Shown: positions 1-7,451, counted from the stretch's first letter. The stretch is 10,856 bases of DNA from Armatimonadota bacterium (GCA_043754515.1 JAYUUO010000179.1:1-10856); one strand, 5' to 3'. Translations and numbers: made by a program. The notes: a model not told the origin generated them from the letters alone.

Positions 1-26
1 CCCCTCTCCCTCCGAAGGGAGAGGGG
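1..26. repeat. REP-like extragenic palindrome CCCCTCTCCCT-CCGA-AGGGAGAGGGG
   Basis: Perfect 11-bp inverted repeat (1-11 / 16-26) with a 4-nt loop. Matches the widespread CCCTCTCCC-n-GGGAGAGGG repeat type. Lies downstream of the stop of the minus-strand gene at 103 and may be cut by the window edge. Confidence 0.7.
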
Positions 27-102
27 GGAACCTCGCCAGCCCCCGAACCCGAGCAACCTGTCTGTGACGCGGTGGCCCTGGTGCGCCCCAGACAACACCG
101 GC

Positions 103-900
103 TTAACGGGCAATAGAAAACGGCGTCAGTACCACCAGATGGCGCGGCGGCGTGTTATACGTTCCCGCCCCCTTCGCGTCCGTGCGGCGGGCGAGGCACA
201 GGATCTGTCCCCGGTCGTTGAGGTACAGTGCCTGCTCAATGTACCAGCCGGTGTTCTCGGCGATCAGCGTGTTCACATCCTCGATTTCGCGTCGGTTCGC
301 CCGCCAGAGGAGCGGGACGCGTCGCCCGTGACTGTAAGAAACATGCGTGCAGGAGTGTCGGCCGGTCTCGAACAGGTCATTTCCTATCACATCCCCTTGC
401 ATATTGATCTGTAAAAATCGTGCGTCGCGGTAGAAAGGCCAGCGGTTGTAGCCGTGGAGGCGCTTGTAGTGAGGTACTGTCGTCTGCACCCCCCCGGCGT
501 AACGTGTGTAGCTGTCGAAGTGACTGTCGAACGATAATCCGTTGCCGTTCGACGCTATTGAAAGCACGCGAGTATCAGGCTCGCCTGTAGCCCGTGGCCA
601 CCGAGTCTGGAAACGTTTCCGGGCAGAATCCGATGGCTCGAAATCGGTATCGCGAATTTCACGCATCGTCCCGTCGTCTCGAAGTGCCAAATCGCGCGTG
701 TACAGGTTACGCACATATCTCGCGGTCGTAGCCCCTTTATCGGAGACATTAAACATCGGGCGGGAGCGGGCAGGGATAGGCGGCAGGGGGTAGTAGCTCC
801 GCCACGCGTCTATGGTACGCGTCTCCACCGACAGGATGAAGAGCACGATCAGCACCGCGAAGAGCGACACCCATTTGTTGAACGGCGGGACGAAACGCAT
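103..900 (-). CDS. Hypothetical exported or membrane-anchored protein (265 aa) with a HAF-family extracellular-repeat-like C-terminal segment
   Basis: Start moved from 1008 to ATG 900 because AAGGA lies 10 nt upstream, followed by a hydrophobic N-terminal helix (WVSLFAVLIVLFILSV). The C-terminus EDVNTLIAENTGWYIEQALYLNDRGQIL...HLVVLTP resembles the DLNxLIxxxSGWxLxxAxxINDxGQIVG...HAxLLTP end of HAF-repeat proteins. Confidence 0.65.
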   Translation of the reverse strand: MRFVPPFNKWVSLFAVLIVLFILSVETRTIDAWRSYYPLPPIPARSRPMFNVSDKGATTARYVRNLYTRDLALRDDGTMREIRDTDFEPSDSARKRFQTRWPRATGEPDTRVLSIASNGNGLSFDSHFDSYTRYAGGVQTTVPHYKRLHGYNRWPFYRDARFLQINMQGDVIGNDLFETGRHSCTHVSYSHGRRVPLLWRANRREIEDVNTLIAENTGWYIEQALYLNDRGQILCLARRTDAKGAGTYNTPPRHLVVLTPFSIAR

Positions 901-921
901 GACGAGTGATTCCTTGCCGCC

Positions 922-931
922 ACTGTACCCG
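922..931 (-). promoter_or_regulatory. Putative -10 element (CGGG-TACAGT) for the 103-900 gene
   Basis: Same CGGGTACAnT motif as at 2923 and 3591. It sits 21 nt upstream of ATG 900 with an SD sequence in between. Confidence 0.5.
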
Positions 932-1001
932 CCTAGCGTGCCACCCGCCGCCCGGTTCCAAGGCGATTCCCACAGTGTCCACCCGCCGCCATCCCAGTCG
1001 T

Positions 1002-1023
1002 CCCCCACCCGAGCCCTAACCCC
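1002..1023 (-). other. Potential G-quadruplex GGGG-TTA-GGG-CTC-GGG-T-GGGGG
   Basis: Four G-runs of 3 or more with loops of 3, 3 and 1 nt. Intergenic, 13 nt after the LuxR-family gene stop, on the sense strand. Confidence 0.45.
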
Positions 1024-1036
1024 TAAAGTAAGCGAT

Positions 1037-1753
1037 TCAGAAAAGCACGTACCCGCGCCGCGCCCCCGTAGTCACTGCTTCCGTGCGACTGGTCGCGTTT
1101 AGCTTGCCCAGTATCTGCGCGACGTGAAACTTCACCGTATGCAGACTGATCCCGAGTTTGGTGCCGATCTGCTTGTTCGGCAAGCCTTCCGCCATCCGCT
1201 GTAGCACTTCGACCTCGCGCGGCGTGAGCGTCGCGCCAGGCAACAGGTCGGGAAGCGTGCCCATACCGAGGCGTTGCGGCGTAACCAGCGGGCGTTGTTC
1301 CTCCCGCGTCAGGTGCGCCGCGAGCGAGCGGTCCAGCGCGACTAATCCGTCCGCGACCGCGCGAACCGCGGCCACTATTTGCGCCGCGTCCGCCTCCGAA
1401 CGGAGCAGGTAGCCGAACCCCGGCAGACCGTCCGCCGACGCGAGGCGCGGCAGATCCGTCTCCGGTCGGTCGCCCAGAACAAGCAGCCCCACCTCCGACG
1501 CGCACCCAGCCTTCTCCAGCCCCGCCAGCGTCCGCGCGACCGCCGTCCCCTCCTCGCCCGTCGTGTCGAGTAGCACGACGTCGGGGCGAATGTCGCCGAG
1601 CAACGCCGCCATCTCCTCGCCGGATTCCGCCTCTTCGAGCACCAGTAACGGCGCGTCGCTCGCGCGGAGCAGGGCATGAAGCCCCGCCCGCACGGATGGG
1701 TAGGCGGCGACGATGACCACGGCGGGGCCAGGATTTTCTTCGTTGTTGTTCAT
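1037..1753 (-). CDS. NarL/LuxR-family DNA-binding response regulator with an atypical receiver domain
   Basis: C-terminal LuxR HTH (LTPREVEVLQRMAEGLPNKQIGTKLGISLHTVKFHVAQILGKL...SRTEAV). N-terminal REC-like domain (VVIV...RAGLHALL...PDVVLLD...GYLL...IVAAVRAVADG). Confidence 0.93.
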   Translation of the reverse strand: MNNNEENPGPAVVIVAAYPSVRAGLHALLRASDAPLLVLEEAESGEEMAALLGDIRPDVVLLDTTGEEGTAVARTLAGLEKAGCASEVGLLVLGDRPETDLPRLASADGLPGFGYLLRSEADAAQIVAAVRAVADGLVALDRSLAAHLTREEQRPLVTPQRLGMGTLPDLLPGATLTPREVEVLQRMAEGLPNKQIGTKLGISLHTVKFHVAQILGKLNATSRTEAVTTGARRGYVLF

Positions 1754-1887
1754 AGTTTTTTGAGCGGGTTTTGAATAGGGATGGTATGGGCTGTTTGTTC
1801 GGGTCGGGTACCGCCCACCGTCACCCCCTGCCGCGAACCGCTCACCCGCTCACGCCGCACGCTCCTCACCGCGCGCCGACCTCAACC

Positions 1888-2793
1888 CTACTCCGTAGCC
1901 GCCACCGCCGCGCTGACCGTGCTCAGCGCGCCACCGCGTAGTACCGTGATCGTGATCATCTCGCCCGCGATCAGGTGATGCCGCAGAGCGTCCACGTCCT
2001 CGACCGGATTGCCATTCACCGCGACCAGCGTGTCCCCCAAGAACAGTGCCGCCGCCTCCGCCGAACTGCCGGGCTGCACCGACATTACCAGTAAACCACG
2101 GGTCTGCGTCAGGCTTTGCGCCGTGCGCAACGCTTCCGGAAGCGCGACGAGCTGGGTGCGGACGCCGAGGTAGCCGGGGCGTTTCGTGCCGTGCGCCTTC
2201 AGGTATTCGGCGACGCGGGTTACTAGCGGCACGCCGAGCGCGACGCCCGCCCCGCGCCCGAACAGGCGGTTGAGTAGCCCGACCATCGCGCCCTGCGTGT
2301 CAACCAGCGCGCCGCCCGAAAAGCCGGGGTACAGCGCGGCGTCCGTGGTCAGAATATACTCCGCGTTGCCGTCCGTCTCGGTCTCCTGCACCTGCGAGAC
2401 GACCCCGAGCGTCACGGTCAAGCCGCTCTCACCGGGCCGACCGAGCGCGAGTACGAGTTCCCCCGGACGCGGCGTGCCGGATGCCGCCGGTGCCGCGGGC
2501 AGGTCCGCCTCGACTTTGAGCAGAACGATGTCGGAGTCGTTATCGCGCCCGATCAGTTTCGCCGCGTGCCGCGTGCCGTCCGCCGTGATCACGGAAACGT
2601 CGTCGCTCTCGACTGCGTGCGATGCGCCGACGATGTAGCCGCCGCCTATCGAGACGCCGCTCGCGGTGAGGCGGGTCCCGTCGTCAATGCGCGTCACGAA
2701 CGGCGCGATGCGCGCGGCGGCGTCCGCGAGTTGTCCCGAGAATCGGGCGAGATCGCCGGCGTCCGTGCCCGTCGGTTGCGTGGTCTGTTCCAT
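1888..2793 (-). CDS. S1C (trypsin-like, HtrA/DegP-related) serine protease with a C-terminal PDZ domain, no signal peptide
   Basis: Triad motifs GASHAV (His), DSDIVLLKV (Asp) and TDAALYPGFSGGALVD (Ser). PDZ signature GYLGV...GLLVMSVQPGSSAEAA...GDTLVAVNG...LRGG. SD-like GAAAGG upstream. Confidence 0.93.
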   Translation of the reverse strand: MEQTTQPTGTDAGDLARFSGQLADAAARIAPFVTRIDDGTRLTASGVSIGGGYIVGASHAVESDDVSVITADGTRHAAKLIGRDNDSDIVLLKVEADLPAAPAASGTPRPGELVLALGRPGESGLTVTLGVVSQVQETETDGNAEYILTTDAALYPGFSGGALVDTQGAMVGLLNRLFGRGAGVALGVPLVTRVAEYLKAHGTKRPGYLGVRTQLVALPEALRTAQSLTQTRGLLVMSVQPGSSAEAAALFLGDTLVAVNGNPVEDVDALRHHLIAGEMITITVLRGGALSTVSAAVAATE

Positions 2794-2922
2794 AGTGTAG
2801 TGAACCTTTCGTCGCCGGATCGGTTCCGGCGTCCCTGTTTCGTGCTGATAAAAGGATAACGCGGGCGCGCGGGGCGGGCATCATTCGTTGGAGCAGGACG
2901 CGTACCTAATCGGGAGAGCGGG

Positions 2923-2932
2923 CGGGTACAAT
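2923..2932 (+). promoter_or_regulatory. -10 element (CGGG-TACAAT), probable leaderless promoter
   Basis: TACAAT at 2927-2932, 7 nt before ATG 2940, with no SD in between. Confidence 0.65.
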
Positions 2933-2939
2933 CACCGCT

Positions 2940-3563
2940 ATGGAACCTTCCGAGACCGGAGACCTGCCCGACTCCCTGCGCGACGTGTCGGTCGAGGCAC
3001 TGCTGACCTACCGCAAGATGGCGATGGCGACCGTCGCCGTTTACCTAGCACTGCCCGACGAGTACGCCGACGCGATTCTGACGGACACAATGGATGAGTA
3101 TCACGCCGACACGTTCAACGAGCGGGAGATGACGAAGCGCAACGACTTCGCGGCGTACCAATCGCTCCTGTCGCGCGAGGCCGTGGTGCGCTACGCGGGC
3201 ACCGCCGCCGAAGGTCTGGCCGCGCCACCCGACTCGCCGCTCGCGCAAAAGCGGGTGATGGGCGAGACCGGCGGGCTGGGCATGACGGACGACATCAACG
3301 TCATCCTGCGCGTCCACGAACTCTGGGCGTACATGGAGGCACCCGGCGGAGACGGCGCGATGGGCGACGACGTGGACGCGTTGCTCGGCTTCGTAAAGCG
3401 GCACACCTGCAACTACTACAACGCCTGCGCGTTCTATCTGGTGCGCGAGAAGTTGTTGCCGGTCGTAGTGGACGCGGCGGAGCGCGGCTTCCGCGCCGAC
3501 GACGCGCCTTTAAGCACGCGCGAGCTGCGGGAGATGCTGGACGGGCGCGGATTGCTACCGTAA
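2940..3563 (+). CDS. Hypothetical acidic helical protein (207 aa), possibly an inactive peptidase M41-like domain
   Basis: Strong GC3 bias and a promoter directly upstream. Motifs TYRKMAMATVA, VVRYAGTAAEGL and GMTDD occur in the same order as M41 AYHEAGHAxVA, vxlgGraAEel and GaxxD. Confidence 0.75.
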   Translation: MEPSETGDLPDSLRDVSVEALLTYRKMAMATVAVYLALPDEYADAILTDTMDEYHADTFNEREMTKRNDFAAYQSLLSREAVVRYAGTAAEGLAAPPDSPLAQKRVMGETGGLGMTDDINVILRVHELWAYMEAPGGDGAMGDDVDALLGFVKRHTCNYYNACAFYLVREKLLPVVVDAAERGFRADDAPLSTRELREMLDGRGLLP

Positions 3564-3590
3564 GGCGACCGCCCAGCATCTCCCGCCGGT

Positions 3591-3600
3591 CGGGTACAAT
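3591..3600 (+). promoter_or_regulatory. -10 element (CGGG-TACAAT), probable leaderless promoter of nudC
   Basis: TACAAT at 3595-3600, 6 nt before ATG 3607, with no SD. Confidence 0.65.
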
Positions 3601-3606
3601 CGCCGT

Positions 3607-4470
3607 ATGGAATCCGCCTTCGTTCGCCGCTACCCGCCCGCCACCCCATGCGACGGGCAGGCGGCCTGTTTCTTGCCCTGGGTGTCGGGGCGCGATCTCG
3701 TTACGGCGAGCGGGCGTGATGACGCGCTCCTGTTTGGCGTGGTCGGCGACCCGTTGCCCTTCGCGGCGGCGGGCGCGGACGTCCTGTACCTCGGCGATCT
3801 CGCGGGCGCGGCGTGCCTGGCTTATCTGGCGGACGAGACCGCGGTCGCGGAGGGGGATGGCAGGGCGGTGCCGCTCCGCCATCGGTTCGCCGGACTATCT
3901 GACGATGAGTACGGCGTGGCGGGCTACGCCGCGCATCTCCTGCACTGGGAAACCGTCAGCCGGTTCTGCGGGCGTTGCGGCGGGCGGACCGGACCGACTG
4001 CGGACGCCTGGGCGGTGACCTGCTCCGTCTGCGGCTACTGCGTCTACCCGGTCGTCTCGCCCGCCGTTCTGATACTGGTTCACGACGGCGGGAGGCGCAT
4101 TCTGCTGTCGCACAAGGCCGGTTGGGGCGACCGGTGGAGCATCCTCGCCGGGTTCGTCGAGCCGGGCGAGACGATGGAGGGATGCGTGGCGCGGGAGACG
4201 CGCGAGGAGGTCGGCCTCGCGGTGACCGGGATTGCATATCACGGCAGTCAGCCGTGGCCATACCCCCACCAACTGATGGTCGGGTTCGTCGCGCGGGCGG
4301 TTGACCCGGACGCGCCGCTCACCGTGGACGAGTCCGAACTCGACGGGGCGAAGTGGTTCGACCGGGATGCCCTGCCGGAGTTGCCGGGGAAGTTATCGCT
4401 CTCGCGGCGACTGATTGACGCGTGGCTCGCGGAGACGGCGGCACCGTCCACCAAACTCCCGCGCGCGTGA
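3607..4470 (+). CDS. nudC: NAD(+)/NADH pyrophosphatase (Nudix family, NAD-decapping enzyme)
   Basis: Zinc ribbon RFCGRCG...CSVCG, YPVVSPAV, Nudix box GFVEPGETMEGCVARETREEVG, and the NudC signature SQPWPYPHQLMVGF. Confidence 0.95.
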   Translation: MESAFVRRYPPATPCDGQAACFLPWVSGRDLVTASGRDDALLFGVVGDPLPFAAAGADVLYLGDLAGAACLAYLADETAVAEGDGRAVPLRHRFAGLSDDEYGVAGYAAHLLHWETVSRFCGRCGGRTGPTADAWAVTCSVCGYCVYPVVSPAVLILVHDGGRRILLSHKAGWGDRWSILAGFVEPGETMEGCVARETREEVGLAVTGIAYHGSQPWPYPHQLMVGFVARAVDPDAPLTVDESELDGAKWFDRDALPELPGKLSLSRRLIDAWLAETAAPSTKLPRA

Positions 4471-4597
4471 TTCTTCTCACGCACACGTGGTCCGCGTTTC
4501 AATATGCTCTACTTCGATCCCGTTCGGCGTCCGCGCCTCTCTCTAGAAGGAGGGTGCCAGCAATCCGGCGGATGTGACTCGAAAGTGTCGGCACGAT

Positions 4598-4627
4598 TTG
4601 TCACACCGCAAGGAAAACCGGTATAAT
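4598..4627 (+). promoter_or_regulatory. Sigma70-type promoter for mscL
   Basis: TTGTCA (4598-4603), an 18-nt spacer, then TATAAT (4622-4627). Confidence 0.65.
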
Positions 4628-4701
4628 CGGGGCGAATACCGGTCGTGGGGCTATCTGGAAGCGTACCGGCTACCTCAAGAAGATGCGAAGGAAACAGCGC
4701 G

Positions 4702-5199
4702 ATGAGTTTGATAGACGAGTTTAAAGAGTTCGCGGTCAAGGGCAACGCGATGGATCTCGCGGTCGGCGTGATCATCGGGGCCGCGTTTGCCAAGATCGTG
4801 ACGTCGCTGACGGAGGACATCATCATGCCGCCGGTCGGCTACATCATGAGCCTCGGCGGCAAGCACGCCAAAGATCTGACCAGCCTGTTCGTCAGTCTGG
4901 ACGGCGGCTCGTACCCGTCGCTCGCGGCGGCGAAAGCGGCGGGCGCGCCCGTGATCGGAATCGGCTCGTTCTTCAACACCGCGTTGCAGTTCCTCATCCT
5001 GGCGTTCGTGGTGTTCCTGATCGTGAAGGCGTTCAACAAACTGCGCCGCGCCCCCGACCCCGCGCCAACCGCCGCGCCCGCGCCGACCCCGCAGGAGGTG
5101 CTACTCACCGAGATACGCGACCTGCTAGCGGCAGGGTGGGCGGCCTCACCGACCGTGGTACGCGATCTGGCGGCGGGGGTATCTGCCCCGGCGAAGTAG
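4702..5199 (+). CDS. mscL: Large-conductance mechanosensitive channel MscL (165 aa)
   Basis: [43 protein letters not shown], second [20 protein letters not shown], and [11 protein letters not shown]. Start set to ATG 4702 with AAGGA upstream. Confidence 0.97.
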   Translation: MSLIDEFKEFAVKGNAMDLAVGVIIGAAFAKIVTSLTEDIIMPPVGYIMSLGGKHAKDLTSLFVSLDGGSYPSLAAAKAAGAPVIGIGSFFNTALQFLILAFVVFLIVKAFNKLRRAPDPAPTAAPAPTPQEVLLTEIRDLLAAGWAASPTVVRDLAAGVSAPAK

Positions 5200-5347
5200 A
5201 GCGATCATCCCCGCTTTTCCTTAATACCAGACAGGCAATAAGTTGGGGGAGGATTGCCAGATGCCGTCCATAAAGATTAGCTGGTTTTCCATCATGAGTA
5301 GGCGCGGAGCATCGCCCGTACAGTTCCTACAGACATTCGACGACGGA

Positions 5348-5890
5348 TCAAATATCGTACCTTAGCATCAGGACTAAGTTCCCCCCACGCCGTCGAGAGG
5401 AACCGGCGACCCGAAGAAGATCGTGTTTATGGGTCTTCCAGAGGGACTGTACGGTTTCCGCCTGGCTGTCAGCGGACTTCCCATCAAACTCCGCGTCGAG
5501 TAAAAACTCTAGAAGTTTAGCGTCATGGTGGCGGACGAAGAGGGTGCCGATCATGGTCGGCACATCCGATATTAAGTCGTCGAGCATCGCGTCATATCTG
5601 CGTCACTCGATCCCCGAGAGCCGGTTCAAAACGCGCCTATGCCATAACGAGTATACGTTGATGATGCTCGCGACGTGGGTCCCGTATCCGACCCCATAGT
5701 AAGCCAGCACGAATGCCGTTTCGACACGCTGTTTCTGATCCACGATAAGATCCCCGATGGCGACGAGGCGTTGACAATCGGATCGCGAGAAACGATGAAG
5801 TGCTTCGCGGACGGATACGTCGTTCTCGAGAACGACATGCCGGTAAAACTGGGCGACCTTTCGGAGTAAATCTTTATCCCGCGGTAGCAT
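5348..5890 (-). pseudogene. Hypothetical helical protein interrupted by an in-frame TGA (5603-5605)
   Basis: ORFs 5603-5890 and 5348-5587 are in the same frame, joined as ...LSGIE*RRYDAMLDDL... to give about 180 codons. Confidence 0.6.
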
Positions 5891-6003
5891 TTGTTAAGAA
5901 CCTTGCTTCTGGCACGCTGTCATAGCGCGTTAGCGTTGCCGTCGTGAGAATGCGTTGCGTCGGGTGGCTTTAATAAGTCCCACCCCTCGCTTGATCGAGC
6001 TAT

Positions 6004-6135
6004 TTATGGGCGGTGACCTTTAGCGCGTGCCGCCCAGTTCCGCGCCTTCCGCAGGTCTTTCGGTTGGCCTAGCCCCCCGTATTCGTAGATCCGCGCGAGG
6101 CGGTCACACGAGGTCGTGCCACCCCGGTTGCCATC
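6004..6135 (-). pseudogene. Orphan 3' fragment of a Sel1-like repeat protein
   Basis: Not in the ORF track. Hand translation gives DGNRGGTTSCDRLARIYEYGGLGQPKDLRKARNWAARAKGHRP* (TAA 6004-6006), fitting the Sel1 pattern LAxxYExGxLGxxxDxxKAxxWxxxA. No convincing start or upstream repeats. Confidence 0.65.
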
Positions 6136-6163
6136 GCTACCCGAAGTCGTCGAGAACGCCACG

Positions 6164-6664
6164 CTACCTGACACGTCGCCCCTTGGGTAAATGGGGAGGC
6201 AGTACCTTCAGTTTCGCAACGCAGAAGTCCGTCAAATTGCCGACGCTAACGACCGTCTTTTGCTCCATCAAGTAATCCCGCGCATCGGGGTATTGGGTCT
6301 CTAACAGGACGAAGATCGGACAATCGGAGTCGAGATAATCGCTCACCACTCCTTGCCCATGGGTTTCACAGCCGAGGGCAGCGTTGCCAGTAGCAATGAA
6401 CAACTTTAGAAGTCGCCTCTTCTGCTCGTCGTTCAACAGCGCGTGGGGATTCTTCACCGGATACCGGTCCAAATAAGTGATAGGCTCGGTATCACATTTA
6501 TGAGTGATGAACCATTTAGGCACTCCAAACCCCGGCAGAAATATAATGTCCTTCATCGCGGCTTCATGGTCACCTTGCCCATTCGCCGGGGTGAGTGACA
6601 ATGAGATGGCATAAAAACAGACCAATGAGAGAACTGTCACCAGGCGACTTCGGCTCGTGTACAT
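6164..6664 (-). CDS. Hypothetical secreted protein (166 aa)
   Basis: ATG start and a signal-peptide-like N-terminus (SRSRLVTVLSLVCFYAISLSLTPANG). No recognisable domain. Confidence 0.65.
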   Translation of the reverse strand: MYTSRSRLVTVLSLVCFYAISLSLTPANGQGDHEAAMKDIIFLPGFGVPKWFITHKCDTEPITYLDRYPVKNPHALLNDEQKRRLLKLFIATGNAALGCETHGQGVVSDYLDSDCPIFVLLETQYPDARDYLMEQKTVVSVGNLTDFCVAKLKVLPPHLPKGRRVR

Positions 6665-6884
6665 GAATAATTCACCGACCCGACGATGCTACCTCATTCT
6701 GCCTCGCTGACCCTCGGCAACAATCGCCGGTGCCAAACTATCTGACCGGCTCAACTTTACGTAGCCGGGTGTGCCGCTCGGGCAGGCGGTCCAGCCGCCG
6801 TCGTAGGCGTGCTCCATGCCGTCCGGGTAGTCCGACGGATTGTGGCCGGTTGCATAAAAAAAGTCACAAATACGAAGACCGGGG

Positions 6885-7388
6885 CTAATACGGCTTCGGA
6901 ATGTCACCCTTCCCCTCGCCCAAGAACACCGTGATCTGGACGCGTCGGCTGGCTCATCTGTGAAGCACCACGACGGTGTACGAGTCGCGCGTGGCATCCA
7001 TGAAAATCCAGTCCTTCGATCCGACACCGCCGTAGCGATGATAGTAGAAGTAGCCCTCGACCGCGAATTGCCCTTCCCTGGCAACGAACGCCTTCCGCTC
7101 CCTCGCGGACATGGCTTCCGTGTTCGCGTTTAGTAGATTCTTGTAAAAGTTACCGACGGCAGACAGCGAATCGGCGGTCGAGTAGGTCGCGACGTAGAAG
7201 GCAATGCCCCCACCCTGAGCAGAACTGATCCGCCGGGATCGCGGGTATTTGAAGAGGTCACAAGGATGGCGTGCCTTCCTACCCGCTGCTTCTTTTCCCA
7301 GGCAGGCTCCCTTGTCCGCCATGAGAACAGTCAACGCGAGGCCAATCATCAGAACAACTCGCCCACACCTGAGTCGGCGTGTCTTCAT
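6885..7388 (-). pseudogene. Hypothetical secreted protein, 144 aa to TGA 6954-6956. The frame continues to TAG 6885-6887, so it is probably prematurely stopped.
   Basis: Purine-rich SD, basic plus hydrophobic signal peptide, and a YP...TxD...VxxFYxxxL motif. After the TGA the frame reads ASRRVQITVFLGEGKGDIPKPY*, which looks like a final beta-strand. Confidence 0.55.
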
Positions 7389-7442
7389 TCCCCTGGTTTC
7401 CCCCTTTTTCGCCCCTTAACCCGCTTCGGCTCAAGGCTCTTT

Positions 7443-7451
7443 ACTATAGCA
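7443..7451 (-). promoter_or_regulatory. Extended -10 promoter (TG-C-TATAGT)
   Basis: TGnTATAGT 54 nt upstream of ATG 7388, in an intergenic gap. Confidence 0.45.

Noticed and set aside
1810..1885. Repeated CTCAC/GTGAG motifs between the protease and regulator genes
   Set aside because: Irregular spacing and low complexity, so a binding site or repeat element cannot be supported.
2813..2831. Hairpin CGCCGGA-N5-TCCGGCG in the protease 5' UTR as an RNA thermometer
   Set aside because: It lies beside the SD and does not pair with it. A 7-bp GC stem is common in this DNA.
4573..4605. TGTGAC...GTCACA inverted repeat as a CRP/FNR site
   Set aside because: The half-sites are 21 nt apart, far more than the CRP/FNR spacing, and a 6-bp match can be chance.
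4645..4701. N-terminal extension of MscL from GTG 4645
   Set aside because: Homology begins at Met 4702, which has the SD.
64..4866. Many overlapping or antisense Arg/Pro/Ala-rich ORFs (e.g. 1023-1505, 2186-2638, 3301-3882, 4509-4826)
   Set aside because: Shadow ORFs of well-supported genes in high-GC DNA.
5234..5258. GGCAAT...ATTGCC as the mscL terminator
   Set aside because: Short stem, 13-nt loop and no U-tract.
6689..7084. 131-aa ORF as a real gene
   Set aside because: It overlaps 6954-7388 out of frame, and only the 6757-6855 part has coding-like bias.
5348..7388. Alternative genetic code (TGA as Trp/Gly) or selenocysteine in the island
   Set aside because: Other island genes end plausibly at TGA, TGG is used for Trp, no Cys-motif context or SECIS is evident, and the RHS lesion is TAA. 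Decay is simpler.
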